DNA of 64,000 nucleotides from Nemertoderma westbladi. Taxonomy: Eukaryota; Animalia; Xenacoelomorpha. Below are positions 24,401 through 39,400 of this stretch, one piece after another (the stretch's first letter is position 1; every line of letters begins with the position of its first letter). The stretch is from contig JAUCBJ010001340.1 of assembly GCA_032718475.1 (NCBI GenBank), forward strand, positions 6,752-70,751, written 5' to 3'. A program made the translations under genes and the position numbers. The notes under the pieces are model-generated. The model searched no databases and was not told where the DNA came from. It saw only the letters and a list, made by a program, of their open reading frames with translations.

Positions 24401-27400
24401 AGAGATTGTGGAATGGGGAGTTTACATGGCAGAGATTGTGGAATGGGGAGTTTATATAGCAGATATTGCGGAATGGAGAGTTTACATGGCAGAGATTGTG
24501 GAATGGGGAGTTTATATGGCAGAGATTGTGGAATGGGGAGTTTATATGACAGAGATTGTGGAATGGGGAGTTTATATGGCAGAGATTGTGGAATGGGGAG
24601 TTTAAATGGCAGAGATTGTGGAATGGGGTGTTTAGATGGCAGAGATTGTGGAATGGGGAGTTTAAATGGCAGAGATTGTGGAATGGGGAGTTTATATAGC
24701 AGAGATTGTGGAATGGGGTGGGGAGTTTAAATGGCAGATATTGTGGAATGGGGAGTTTATATGGCAGAGATTGTGGAATGGGGAGTTTATATGACAGAGA
24801 TTGTGGAATGGGGAGTTTATATGGCAGAGATTGTGGAATGGGGAGTTTAAATGGCAGAGATTGTGGAATGGGGTGTTTAGATGGCAGAGATTGTGGAATG
24901 GGGAGTTTAAATGGCAGAGATTGTGGAATGGGGAGTTTATATAGCAGAGATTGTGGAATGGGGTGGGGAGTTTAAATGGCAGATATTGTGGAATGGGGAG
25001 TTTAAATGGCAGAGATTGTGGAATGGGGAGTTTAAATGGCAGAGATTGTGGAATGGGGTGTTTAGATGGCAGAGATTGTGGAATGGGGAGTTTAAATGGC
25101 AGAGATTGTGGAATGGGGAGTTTATATAGCAGAGATTGTGGAATGGGGTGTTTAGATGGCAGAGATTGTGGAATGGGGAGTTTATATGGCAGAGATTGTG
25201 GAATGGGGAGTTTATATGACAGAGATTGTGGAATGGGGAGTTTATATGGCAGAGATTGTGGAATGGGGAGTTTAAATGGCAGAGATTGTGGAATGGGGTG
25301 TTTAGATGGCAGAGATTGTGGAATGGGGAGTTTAAATGGCAGAGATTGTGGAATGGGGAGTTTATATAGCAGAGATTGTGGAATGGGGTGGGGAGTTTAA
25401 ATGGCAGATATTGTGGAATGGGGAGTTTATATGGCAGAGATTGTGGAATGGGGAGTTTATATGACAGAGATTGTGGAATGGGGAGTTTATATGGCAGAGA
25501 TTGTGGAATGGGGAGTTTAAATGGCAGAGATTGTGGAATGGGGTGTTTAGATGGCAGAGATTGTGGAATGGGGAGTTTAAATGGCAGAGATTGTGGAATG
25601 GGGAGTTTATATAGCAGAGATTGTGGAATGGGGTGGGGAGTTTAAATGGCAGATATTGTGGAATGGGGAGTTTAAATGGCAGAGATTGTGGAATGGGGAG
25701 TTTAAATGGCAGAGATTGTGGAATGGGGTGTTTAGATGGCAGAGATTGTGGAATGGGGAGTTTAAATGGCAGAGATTGTGGAATGGGGAGTTTATATAGC
25801 AGAGATTGTGGAATGGGGGTGGGGAGTTTATATAGCAGATATTGCGGAATGGAGAGTTTATATTGCAGAGATTGTGGAATGGGGTGGGGAGTTTAAATGG
25901 CAGAGATTGTGGAATGGGGAGTTTAAATGGCAGAGATTGTGGAATGGGGAGTTTAAATGGCAGAGATTGTGGAATGGGGTGTTTAGATGGCAGAGATTGT
26001 GGAATGGGGAGTTTAAATGGCAGAGATTGTGGAATGGGGTGTTTAGATGGCAGAGATTGTGGAATGGGGAGTTTAAATGGCAGAGATTGTGGAATGGGGA
26101 GTTTAAATGGCAGAGATTGTGGAATGGGGTGTTTAGATGGCAGAGATTGTGGAATGGGGAGTTTAAATGGCAGAGATTGTGGAATGGGGTGTTTAGATGG
26201 CAGAGATTGTGGAATGGGGAGTTTATATGGTAGAGATTGTGGAATGGGGAGTTTATATGGCAGAGATTGTGGAATGGGGAGTTTAAATGGCAGAGATTGT
26301 GAAATGGAGAGTTTATATTGCAGAGATTGTGGAATGGGGTGGGGAGTTTAAATGGCAGAGATTGTGGAATGGGGAGTTTAAATGGCAGAGATTGTGGAAT
26401 GGGGAGTTTACATGGCAGAGATTGTGGAATGGGGAGTTTATATGGCAGAGATTGTTGAATGGGGAGTTTATATGGCAGAGATTGTGGAATGGGGAGTTTA
26501 AATGGCAGAGATTGTGGAATGGGGAGTTTAAATGGCAGATATTGTGGAATGGGGAGTTTATATTGCAGATATTGTGGAATGGGGTGGGGAGTTTAAATGG
26601 CAGAGATTGTGGAATGGGGTGTTTAGATGGCAGAGATTGTGGAATGGGGAGTTTACATGGCAGAGATTGTGGAATGGGGAGTTTATATGGCAGAGATTGT
26701 GGAATGGGGAGTTTATATGGCAGAGATTGTGGAATGGGGAGTTTAAATGGCAGAGATTGTGGAATGGGGTGGGGAGTTTAAATGGCAGAGATTGTGGAAT
26801 GGGGAGTTTATATGGCAGATATTGTGCAATGTGGAGTTTATATGGTTGAGATTGTGGAATGGGGACTTTAAATGCCAGAGATTGTGGAATGGGGGAATTT
26901 ATATGGCAGATATTGTGGAATGGGGAGTTTATATGGCAGAGATTGTGGAATGGGGAGTATATATGGTAGAGATTGTGGAATGGGGTGGGGAGTTTATATG
27001 GCAGAGATTGTGGAATGGGGAGTTTATATGGCAGAGATTGTGGAATGGGGAGTTTATATGGCAGAGATTGTGGAATGGGGAGTTTATATGGCAGATATTG
27101 TGGAATGGGGAGTTTATATGGCAGAGATTGTGGAATGGGGAGTATATATGGTAGAGATTGTGGAATGGGGTGGGGAGTTTATATGGCAGAGATTGTGGAA
27201 TGGAGAGTTTATATGGAAGAGATTGTGGAATGGGGAGTTTATATGGTAGAGATTGTGGAATGGGGTGGGGAATTTAAATGGCAGATATTGTGGAATGGGG
27301 AGTTTATATGGCAGATATTGTGCAATGGGGAGTTTATATGGTAGAGATTGTGGAATGGGGACTTTAAATGCCAGAGATTGTGGAATGGGGAGTTTAAATG

Positions 27401-30400
27401 GCAGAGATTGTGGAATGGGGTGTTTAGATGGCAGAGATTGTGGAATGGGGAGTTTAAATGGCAGAGATTGTGGAATGGGGTGTTTAGATGGCAGAGATTG
27501 TGGAATGGGGAGTTTACATGGCAGAGATTGTGGAATGGGGAGTTTATATGGCAGAGATTGTGGAATGGGGAGTTTATATGGCAGAGATTGTGGAATGGGG
27601 AGTTTAAATGGCAGAGATTGTGGAATGGGGAGTTTAAATGGCAGATATTGTGGAATGGGGAGTTTATATTGCAGATATTGTGGAATGGGGTGGGGAGTTT
27701 AAATGGCAGAGATTGTGGAATGGGGTGTTTAGATGGCAGAGATTGTGGAATGGGGAGTTTACATGGCAGAGATTGTGGAATGGGGAGTTTATATGGCAGA
27801 GATTGTGGAATGGGGAGTTTATATGGCAGAGATTGTGGAATGGGGAGTTTAAATGGCAGAGATTGTGGAATGGGGTGGGGAGTTTAAATGGCAGAGATTG
27901 TGGAATGGGGAGTTTATATGGCAGATATTGTGCAATGTGGAGTTTATATGGTAGAGATTGTGGAATGGGGACTTTAAATGCCAGAGATTGTGGAATGGGG
28001 GAATTTATATGGCAGATATTGTGGAATGGGGAGTTTATATGGCAGAGATTGTGGAATGGGGAGTATATATGGTAGAGATTGTGGAATGGGGTGGGGAGTT
28101 TATATGGCAGAGATTGTGGAATGGGGAGTTTATATGGCAGAGATTGTGGAATGGGGAGTTTATATGGCAGAGATTGTGGAATGGGGAGTTTATATGGCAG
28201 ATATTGTGGAATGGGGAGTTTATATGGCAGAGATTGTGGAATGGGGAGTATATATGGTAGAGATTGTGGAATGGGGTGGGGAGTTTATATGGCAGAGATT
28301 GTGGAATGGAGAGTTTATATGGAAGAGATTGTGGAATGGGGAGTTTATATGGTAGAGATTGTGGAATGGGGTGGGGAGTTTAAATGGCAGATATTGTGGA
28401 ATGGGGAGTTTATATGGCAGATATTGTGCAATGGGGAGTTTATATGGTAGAGATTGTGGAATGGGGACTTTAAATGCCAGAAATTGTGGAATGGGGGAAT
28501 TTATATGGCAGAGATTGTGGAATGGGGAGTTTAAAAGGCAGATATTGTGGAATGGGGAGTATATATGGCAGAGATTGTGGCAAGGGGAGTTTATATGACA
28601 GAGATTGTGGAATGGGGATTTTATATGGCAGAGATTGTGGAATGGGGAGTTCAAATGGCAGATATTGTGGAATGGGGAGTTTAAATGGCAGAGATTGTGG
28701 AATGGGGAGTTTAAATGGCAGATATTGTGGAATGGGGAGTTTATATGGCAGAGATTGTGGAATGGGGAGTTTAAATGGCAGATATTGTGGAATGGGGAGT
28801 TTATATGGCAGAGATTGTGGAATGGGGAGTTGAAATGGCAGATATTGTGGAATGGGGAGTTTATATGACAGAGATTGTGGAATGGGGATTTTATATGGCA
28901 GAGATTGTGGAATGGGGAGTTTAAATGGCAGATATTGTGGAATGGGGAGTTTATATGGCAGAGATTGTGGAATGGGGAGTTTAAATGGCAGAGATTGTGG
29001 AATGGGGAGTTTAAATGGCAGAGATTGTGGAATGGGGAGTTTATATGGCAGAGATTGTGGAATGGGGAGTTTAAATGGCAGATATTGTGGAATGGGGAGT
29101 TTATATGGCAGAGATTGTGGAATGGGGAGTTTATATGGCAGATATTGTGGAATGGGGAGTTTATATGGCAGAGATTGTGGAATGGGGAGTTTATATGGCA
29201 GAGATTGTGGAATGGGGAGTTTAAATGGCTGATATTGTGGAATGGGGGGTTTATATGGCAGAGATTGTGGAATGGGGAGTTTAAATGGCAGATATTGTGG
29301 AATGGGGAGTTTATATGGCAAAGATTGTGGAATGGGGAGTTTATATGGCAGAGATTGTGGAATGTGGTGGGGAGTTTATATGGCAGAGATTGTGGAATGG
29401 AGAGTTTATATGGCAGAGATTGTGGAATGGGGTGTTTAGATGGCAGAGATTGTGGAATGGGGAGTTTTTATGGCAGAGATTGTGGAATGGGGAGTTTATA
29501 TGGCAGAGATTGTGGAATGGGGAGTTTATATGGCAGATATTGTGGAATGGGGAGTTTATATAGCAGATATTGCGGAATGGAGAGTTTATATGGCAGAGAT
29601 TGTAGAATGGGGAGTTTATATAGCAGATATTGTGGAATGGGGAGTTTATATGGCAGAGATTGTGGAATGGGGAGTTTATATGGCAGAGATTGTGGAATGG
29701 AGAGTTTAAATGGCAGATATTGTGGAATGGGGAGTTTATATAGCAGATATTGTGGAATGGGGAGTTTATATGGCAGAGATTGTGGAATGGGGAGTTTATA
29801 TGGCAGAGATTGTGGAATGGAGAGTTTAAATGGCAGATATTGTGGAATGGGGAGTTTATATGGCAGAGATTGTGGAATGGGGAGTTTAAATGGCAGAGAT
29901 TGTGGAATGGGGTGGGGAGTTTAAATGGCAGAGATTGTGGAATGGGGAGTTTATATGGCAGATATTGTGGAATGGGGAGTTTATATGGCAGATATTGTGG
30001 AATGGGGAGTTTATATGGCAGAGATTGTGGAATGGGGAGTATATATGGTAGAGATTGTGGAATGGGGTGGGGAGTTTATATGGCAGAGATTGTGGAATGG
30101 GGAGTTTATATGGCAGAGATTGTGGAATGGGGAGTTTATATGGCAGAGATTGTGGAATGGGGAGTTTATATGGCAGATATTGTGGAATGGGGAGTTTATA
30201 TGGCAGAGATTGTGGAATGGGGAGTATATATGGTAGAGATTGTGGAATGGGGTGGGGAGTTTATATGGCAGAGATTGTGGAATGGAGAGTTTATATGGAA
30301 GAGATTGTGGAATGGGGAGTTTATATGGTAGAGATTGTGGAATGGGGTGGGGAGTTTAAATGGCAGATATTGTGGAATGGGGAGTTTATATGGCAGATAT

Positions 30401-33400
30401 TGTGCAATGGGGAGTTTATATGGTAGAGATTGTGGAATGGGGACTTTAAATGCCAGAGATTGTGGAATGGGGAGTTTAAATGGCAGAGATTGTGGAATGG
30501 GGTGTTTAGATGGCAGAGATTGTGGAATGGGGAGTTTAAATGGCAGAGATTGTGGAATGGGGTGTTTAGATGGCAGAGATTGTGGAATGGGGAGTTTACA
30601 TGGCAGAGATTGTGGAATGGGGAGTTTATATGGCAGAGATTGTGGAATGGGGAGTTTATATGGCAGAGATTGTGGAATGGGGAGTTTAAATGGCAGAGAT
30701 TGTGGAATGGGGAGTTTAAATGGCAGATATTGTGGAATGGGGAGTTTATATTGCAGATATTGTGGAATGGGGTGGGGAGTTTAAATGGCAGAGATTGTGG
30801 AATGGGGTGTTTAGATGGCAGAGATTGTGGAATGGGGAGTTTACATGGCAGAGATTGTGGAATGGGGAGTTTATATGGCAGAGATTGTGGAATGGGGAGT
30901 TTATATGGCAGAGATTGTGGAATGGGGAGTTTAAATGGCAGAGATTGTGGAATGGGGTGGGGAGTTTAAATGGCAGAGATTGTGGAATGGGGAGTTTATA
31001 TGGCAGATATTGTGCAATGTGGAGTTTATATGGTAGAGATTGTGGAATGGGGACTTTAAATGCCAGAGATGGTGGAATGGGGGAATTTATATGGCAGATA
31101 TTGTGGAATGGGGAGTTTATATGGCAGAGATTGTGGAATGGGGAGTATATATGGTAGAGATTGTGGAATGGGGTGGGGAGTTTATATGGCAGAGATTGTG
31201 GAATGGGGAGTTTATATGGCAGAGATTGTGGAATGGGGAGTTTATATGGCAGAGATTGTGGAATGGGGAGTTTATATGGCAGATATTGTGGAATGGGGAG
31301 TTTATATGGCAGAGATTGTGGAATGGGGAGTATATATGGTAGAGATTGTGGAATGGGGTGGGGAGTTTATATGGCAGAGATTGTGGAATGGAGAGTTTAT
31401 ATGGAAGAGATTGTGGAATGGGGAGTTTATATGGTAGAGATTGTGGAATGGGGTGGGGAGTTTAAATGGCAGATATTGTGGAATGGGGAGTTTATATGGC
31501 AGATATTGTGCAATGGGGAGTTTATATGGTAGAGATTGTGGAATGGGGACTTTAAATGCCAGAGATTGTGGAATGGGGGAATTTATATGGCAGAGATTGT
31601 GGAATGGGGAGTTTAAAAGGCAGATATTGTGGAATGGGGAGTATATATGGCAGAGATTGTGGCAAGGGGAGTTTATATGACAGAGATTGTGGAATGGGGA
31701 TTTTATATGGCAGAGATTGTGGAATGGGGAGTTCAAATGGCAGATATTGTGGAATGGGGAGTTTAAATGGCAGAGATTGTGGAATGGGGAGTTTAAATGG
31801 CAGATATTGTGGAATGGGGAGTTTATATGGCAGAGATTGTGGAATGGGGAGTTTAAATGGCAGATATTGTGGAATGGGGAGTTTATATGGCAGAGATTGT
31901 GGAATGGGGAGTTGAAATGGCAGATATTGTGGAATGGGGAGTTTATATGACAGAGATTGTGGAATGGGGATTTTATATGGCAGAGATTGTGGAATGGGGA
32001 GTTTAAATGGCAGATATTGTGGAATGGGGAGTTTATATGGCAGAGATTGTGGAATGGGGAGTTTAAATGGCAGAGATTGTGGAATGGGGAGTTTAAATGG
32101 CAGAGATTGTGGAATGGGGAGTTTATATGGCAGAGATTGTGGAATGGGGAGTTTAAATGGCAGATATTGTGGAATGGGGAGTTTATATGGCAGAGATTGT
32201 GGAATGGGGAGTTTATATGGCAGATATTGTGGAATGGGGAGTTTATATGGCAGAGATTGTGGAATGGGGAGTTTATATGGCAGAGATTGTGGAATGGGGA
32301 GTTTAAATGGCTGATATTGTGGAATGGGGGGTTTATATGGCAGAGATTGTGGAATGGGGAGTTTAAATGGCAGATATTGTGGAATGGGGAGTTTATATGG
32401 CAAAGATTGTGGAATGGGGAGTTTATATGGCAGAGATTGTGGAATGTGGTGGGGAGTTTATATGGCAGAGATTGTGGAATGGAGAGTTTATATGGCAGAG
32501 ATTGTGGAATGGGGTGTTTAGATGGCAGAGATTGTGGAATGGGGAGTTTTTATGGCAGAGATTGTGGAATGGGGAGTTTATATGGCAGAGATTGTGGAAT
32601 GGGGAGTTTATATGGCAGATATTGTGGAATGGGGAGTTTATATAGCAGATATTGCGGAATGGAGAGTTTATATGGCAGAGATTGTAGAATGGGGAGTTTA
32701 TATAGCAGATATTGTGGAATGGGGAGTTTATATGGCAGAGATTGTGGAATGGGGAGTTTATATGGCAGAGATTGTGGAATGGAGAGTTTAAATGGCAGAT
32801 ATTGTGGAATGGGGAGTTTATATAGCAGATATTGTGGAATGGGGAGTTTATATGGCAGAGATTGTGGAATGGGGAGTTTATATGGCAGAGATTGTGGAAT
32901 GGAGAGTTTAAATGGCAGATATTGTGGAATGGGGAGTTTATATGGCAGAGATTGTGGAATGGGGAGTTTAAATGGCAGAGATTGTGGAATGGGGTGGGGA
33001 GTTTAAATGGCAGAGATTGTGGAATGGGGAGTTTATATGGCAGATATTGTGGAATGGGGAGTTTATATGGCAGAGGTTGTGGAATGGGGAGTTTAAATGG
33101 CAGATATTGTGGAATGGGGAGTTTATATGGCAGAGATTGTGGAATGGGGAGTTTAAATGGCAGAGATTGTGGAATGGGGTGGGGAGTTTAAATGGCAGAG
33201 ATTGTGGAATGGGGAGTTTATATGGCAGATATTGTGGAATGGGGAGTTTATATGGCAGATATTGTGGAATGGGGAGTTTATATAGCAGATATTGCGGAAT
33301 GGAGAGTTTATATGGCAGAGATTGTGGAATGGAGAGTTTATATGGCAGAGATTGTGGAATGGAGAGTTTATATGGCAGAGATTGTGGAATGGGGAGTTTA

Positions 33401-36400
33401 TATGGCAGAGATTGTGGAATGGGGAGTTTATATGGCAGATATTGTGGAATGGGGAGTTTAAATGGCAGAGATTGTGGAATGGGGAGTTTATATGGTAGAG
33501 ATTGTGGAATGGGGTGGGGAGTTTAAATGGCAGAGATTGTGGAATGGGGAGTTTATATGGCAGAGATTGTGGAATGGGGAGTTTATATGGCAGATATTGT
33601 GGAATGGGGAGTTTATATGGCAGAGATTGTGGAATGGGGAGTTTAAATGGCAGAGATTGTGGAATGGGGTGGGGAGTTTAAATGGCAGAGATTGTGGAAT
33701 GGGGAGTTTATATGGCAGATATTGTGCAATGTGGAGTTTATATGGTAGATATTGTGGAATGGGGACTTTAAATGCCAGAGATTGTGGAATGGGGGAATTT
33801 ATATGGCAGATATTGTGGAATGGGGAGTTTATATGGCAGAGATTGTGGAATGGGGAGTATATATGGTAGAGATTGTGGAATGGCGTGGGGAGTTTATATG
33901 GCAGAGATTGTGGAATGGAGAGTTTATATGGAAGAGATTGTGGAATGGGGAGTTTATATGGTAGAGATTGTGGAATGGGGTGGGGAGTTTAAATGGCAGA
34001 GATTGTGGAATGGGGAGTTTATATGGCAGATATTGTGCAATGGGGAGTTTATATGGTAGAGATTGTGGAATGGGGACTTTAAATGCCAGAGATTGTGGAA
34101 TGGGGGAATTTATATGGCAGATATTGTGGAAAGGGGAGTTTAAATGGCAGAGATTGTGGAATGGGGAGTTTTTATGGTAGAGATTGTGGAATGGGGTGGG
34201 GAGTTTAAATGGCAGAGATTGTGGAATGGGGAGTTTATATGGCAGAGATTGTGGAATGGGGAGTTTATATGGCAGATATTGTGGAATGGGGAGTTTATAT
34301 GGCAGAGATTGTGGAATGGGGAGTTTAAATGGCAGAGATTGTGGAATGGGGTGGGGAGTTTAAATGGCAGAGATTGTGGAATGGGGAGTTTATATGGCAG
34401 ATATTGTGCAATGTGGAGTTTATATGGTAGATATTGTGGAATGGGGACTTTAAATGCCAGAGATTGTGGAATGGGCGAATTTATATGGCAGATATTGTGG
34501 AATGGGGAGTTTATATGGCAGAGATTGTGGAATGGGGAGTATATATGGTAGAGATTGTGGAATGGCGTGGGGAGTTTATATGGCAGAGATTGTGGAATGG
34601 AGAGTTTATATGGAAGAGATTGTGGAATGGGGAGTTTATATGGTAGAGATTGTGGAATGGGGTGGGGAGTTTAAATGGCAGAGATTGTGGAATGGGGAGT
34701 TTATATGGCAGATATTGTGCAATGGGGAGTTTATATGGTAGAGATTGTGGAATGGGGACTTTAAATGCCAGAGATTGTGGAATGGGGGAATTTATATGGC
34801 AGATATTGTGGAAAGGGGAGTTTATATGGCAGAGATTGTGGAATGGGGAGTTTAAAAGGCAGATATTGTGGAATGGGGAGTTTATATGGCAGATATTGTG
34901 GAATGGGGAGTTTATATGACAGAGATTGTGGAATGGGGATTTTATATGGCAGAGATTGTGGAATGGGGAGTTCAAATGGCAGATATTGTGGAATGGGGAG
35001 TTTATATGGCAGAGATTGTGGAATGGGGAGTTTAAATGGTAGAGATTGTGGAATGGGGAGTTTAAATGGCAGATATTGTGGAATGGGGAGTTTATATGGC
35101 AGAGATTGTGGAATGGGGAGTTTAAATGGCAGATATTGTGGAATGGGGAGTTTATATGGCAGAGATTGTGGAATGGGGAGTTGAAATGGCAGATATTGTG
35201 GAATGGGGAGTTTATATGGCAGAGATTGTGGAATGGGGAGTTTATATGGCATAGATTGTGGAATGGAGAGTTTATATGGCAGAGATTGTGGAATGGGGGT
35301 GGGGAGTTTAAATGGCAGAGATTGTGGAATGGGGGTGGGGAGTTTAAATGGCAGATATTGTGGAATGGGGAGTTTATATGGCAGAGATTGTGGAATGGGG
35401 AGTTTAAATGGCAGATATTGTGGAATGGGGAGTTTATATGGCAGAGATTGTGGAATGGGGAGTTGAAATGGCAGATATTGTGGAATGGGGAGTTTATATG
35501 GCAGAGATTGTGGAATGGGGAGTTTATATGGCATAGATTGTGGAATGTGGAGTTTATATGGCAGAGATTGTGGAATGGGGAGTATATATGGTAGATATTG
35601 TGGAATGGGGAGTTTATATGGCAGATATTGTGGAATGGGGAGTTTATATGGCAGAGATTGTGGAATGGGGAGTTTATATGACAGAGATTGTGGAATGGGG
35701 ATTTTATATGGCAGAGATTGTGGAATGGGGAGTTTAAATGGCAGATATTGTGGAATGGGGAGTTTATATGGCAGAGATTGTGGAATGGGGAGTTTAAATG
35801 GCAGAGATTGTGGAATGGGGAGTTTAAATGGCAGATATTGTGGAATGGGGAGTTTATATGACAGAGATTGTGGAATGGGGATTTTATATGGCAGAGATTG
35901 TGGAATGGGGAGTTTAAATGGCAGATATTGTGGAATGGGGAGTTTATATGGCAGAGATTGTGGAATGGGGAGTTTAAATGGCAGAGATTGTGGAATGGGG
36001 AGTTTAAATGGCAGATATTGTGGAATGGGGAGTTTATATGGCAGAGATTGTGGAATGGGGTGTTTAGATGGCAGAGATTGTGGAATGGGGAGTTTACATG
36101 GCAGAGATTGTGGAATGGGGAGTTTATATGGCAGAGATTGTGGAATGGGGAGTTTATATGGCAGAGATTGTGGAATGGGGTGTTTAGATGGCAGAGATTG
36201 TGGAATGGGGAGTTTAAATGGCAGAGATTGTGGAATGGGGAGTTTAAATGGCAGATATTGTGGAATGGGGAGTTTATATGGCAGAGATTGTGGAATGGGG
36301 TGTTTAGATGGCAGAGATTGTGGAATGGGGAGTTTACATGGCAGAGATTGTGGAATGGGGAGTTTAAATGGCAGATATTGTGGAATGGGGAGTTTATATG

Positions 36401-39400
36401 GCAGAGATTGTGGAATGGGGTGGGGAGTTTAAATGGCAGAGATTGTGGAATGGGGAGTTTATATGGCAGATATTGTGCAATGTGGAGTTTATATGGTAGA
36501 TATTGTGGAATGGGGACTTTAAATGCCAGAGATTGTGGAATGGGGGAATTTATATGGCAGATATTGTGGAATGGGGAGTTTATATGGCAGATATTGTGCA
36601 ATGTGGAGTTTATATGGTAGATATTGTGGAATGGGGACTTTAAATGCCAGAGATTGTGGAATGGGGGAATTTATATGGCAGATATTGTGGAATGGGGAGT
36701 TTATATGGCAGAGATTGTGGAATGGGGAGTATATATGGTAGAGATTGTGGAATGGGGTGGGGAGTTTATATGGCAGAGATTGTGGAATGGGGAGTTTATA
36801 TGGCAGAGATTGTGGAATGGGGAGTTTATATGGCAGAGATTGTGGAATGGGGAGTATATATGGTAGAGATTGTGGAATGGGGTGGGGAGTTTATATGGCA
36901 GAGATTGTGGAATGGAGAGTTTATATGGAAGAGATTGTGGAATGGGGAGTTTATATGGTAGAGATTGTGGAATGGGGTGGGGAGTTTAAATGGCAGAGAT
37001 TGTGGAATGGGGAGTTTATATGGCAGATATTGTGCAATGGGGAGTTTATATGGTAGAGATTGTGGAATGGGGACTTTAAATGCCAGAGATTGTGGAATGG
37101 GGGAATTTATATGGCTGATATTGTGGAAAGGGGAGTTTATATGGCAGAGATTGTGGAATGGGGAGTTTAAAAGGCAGATATTGTGGAATGGGGAGTTTAT
37201 ATGGCAGATATTGTGGAATGGGGAGTTTATATGACAGAGATTGTGGAATGGGGATTTTATATGGCAGAGATTGTGGAATGGGGAGTTCAAATGGCAGATA
37301 TTGTGGAATGGGGAGTTTATATGGCAGAGATTGTGGAATGGGGAGTTTAAATGGTAGAGATTGTGGAATGGGGAGTTTAAATGGCAGATATTGTGGAATG
37401 GGGAGTTTATATGGCAGAGATTGTGGAATGGGGAGTTTAAATGGCAGATATTGTGGAATGGGGAGTTTATATGGCAGAGATTGTGGAATGGGGAGTTGAA
37501 ATGGCAGATATTGTGGAATGGGGAGTTTATATGGCAGAGATTGTGGAATGGGGAGTTTATATGGCATAGATTGTGGAATGGAGAGTTTATATGGCAGAGA
37601 TTGTGGAATGGGGGTGGGGAGTTTAAATGGCAGAGATTGTGGAATGGGGGTGGGGAGTTTAAATGGCAGATATTGTGGAATGGGGAGTTTATATGGTAGA
37701 GATTGTGGAATGGGGACTTTAAATGCCAGAGATTGTGGAATGGGGGAATTTATATGGCAGATATTGTGGAATGGGGAGTTTATATGGCAGAGATTGTGGA
37801 ATGGGGAGTTTAAAAGGCAGATATTGTGGAATGGGGAGTTTATATGGCAGAGATTGTGGAATGGGGAGTTTATATGACAGAGATTGTGGAATGGGGATTT
37901 TATATGGCAGAGATTGTGGAATGGGGAGTTTAAATGGCAGATATTGTGGAATGGGGAGTTTATATGGCAGAGATTGTGGAATGGGGAGTTTAAATGGCAG
38001 AGATTGTGGAATGGGGAGTTTAAATGGCAGATATTGTGGAATGGGGAGTTTATATGGCAGAGATTGTGGAATGGGGTGTTTAGATGGCAGAGATTGTGGA
38101 ATGGGGAGTTTACATGGCAGAGATTGTGGAATGGGGAGTTTATATGGCAGAGATTGTGGAATGGGGAGTTTATATGGCAGATATTGTGGAATGGGGAGTT
38201 TATATGGCAGAGATTGTGGAATGGAGAGTTTATATGGCAGAGATTGTGGAATGGAGAGTTTATATGGCAGATATTGTGGAATGGGGAGTTTATATGGCAG
38301 AGATTGTGGAATGGGGAGTTTATATAGCAGATATTGCGGAATGGAGAGTTTATATTGCAGAGATTGTGGAATGGGGAGTTTAAATGGCAGATATTGTGGA
38401 ATGGGGAGTTTATATGGCAGAGATTGTGGAATGGGGAGTTTATATGGCAGAGATTGTGGAATGGGGAGTTTATATGGCAGAGATTGTGGAATGAGGAGTT
38501 TATATGGCAGAGATTGTGGAATGGGGAGTTTATATGGCAGAGATTGTGGAATGGAGAGTTTATATGGCAGAGATTGTGGAATGGAGAGTTTATATGGCAG
38601 AGATTGTGGAATGGAGAGTTTATATGGCAGATATTGTGGAATGGGGAGTTTATATGGCAGAGATTGTGGAATGGGGAGTTTATATGGCAGAGATTGTGGA
38701 ATGGAGAGTTTATATGGCAGAGATTGTGGAATGGAGAGTTTATATGGCAGATATTGTGGAATGGGGAGTTTATATGGCAGAGATTGTGGAATGGGGAGTT
38801 TATATGGCAGAGATTGTGGAATGGAGAGTTTATATGGCAGATATTGTGGAATGGGGAGTTTATATGGCAGAGATTGTGGAATGGGGAGTTTATATGGCAG
38901 AGATTGTGGAATGGAGAGTTTATATGGCAGATATTGTGGAATGGGGAGTTTATATGGCAGAGATTGTGGAATGGGGAGTTTAAAAGGCAGATATTGTGGA
39001 ATGGGGAGTTTATATGGCAGAGATTGTGGAATGGGGAGTTTATATGGCAGATATTGTGGAATGGGGAGTTTATATGGCAGAGATTGTGGAATGGGGAGTT
39101 TAAAAGGCAGATATTGTGGAACGGGGAGTTTATATGACAGAGATTGTGGAATGGGGAGTTTATATGACAGAGATTGTGGAATGGGGATTTTATATGGCAG
39201 AGATTGTGGAATGGGGAGTTTAAATGGCAGATATTGTGGAATGGGGAGTTTATATGGCAGATATTGTGCAATGTGGAGTTTATATGGCAGAGATTGTGGA
39301 ATGGGGAGTTTAAAAGGCAGATATTGTGGAATGGGGAGTTTATATGGCAGAGATTGTGGAATGGGGAGTTTATATGACAGAGATTGTGGAATGGGGATTT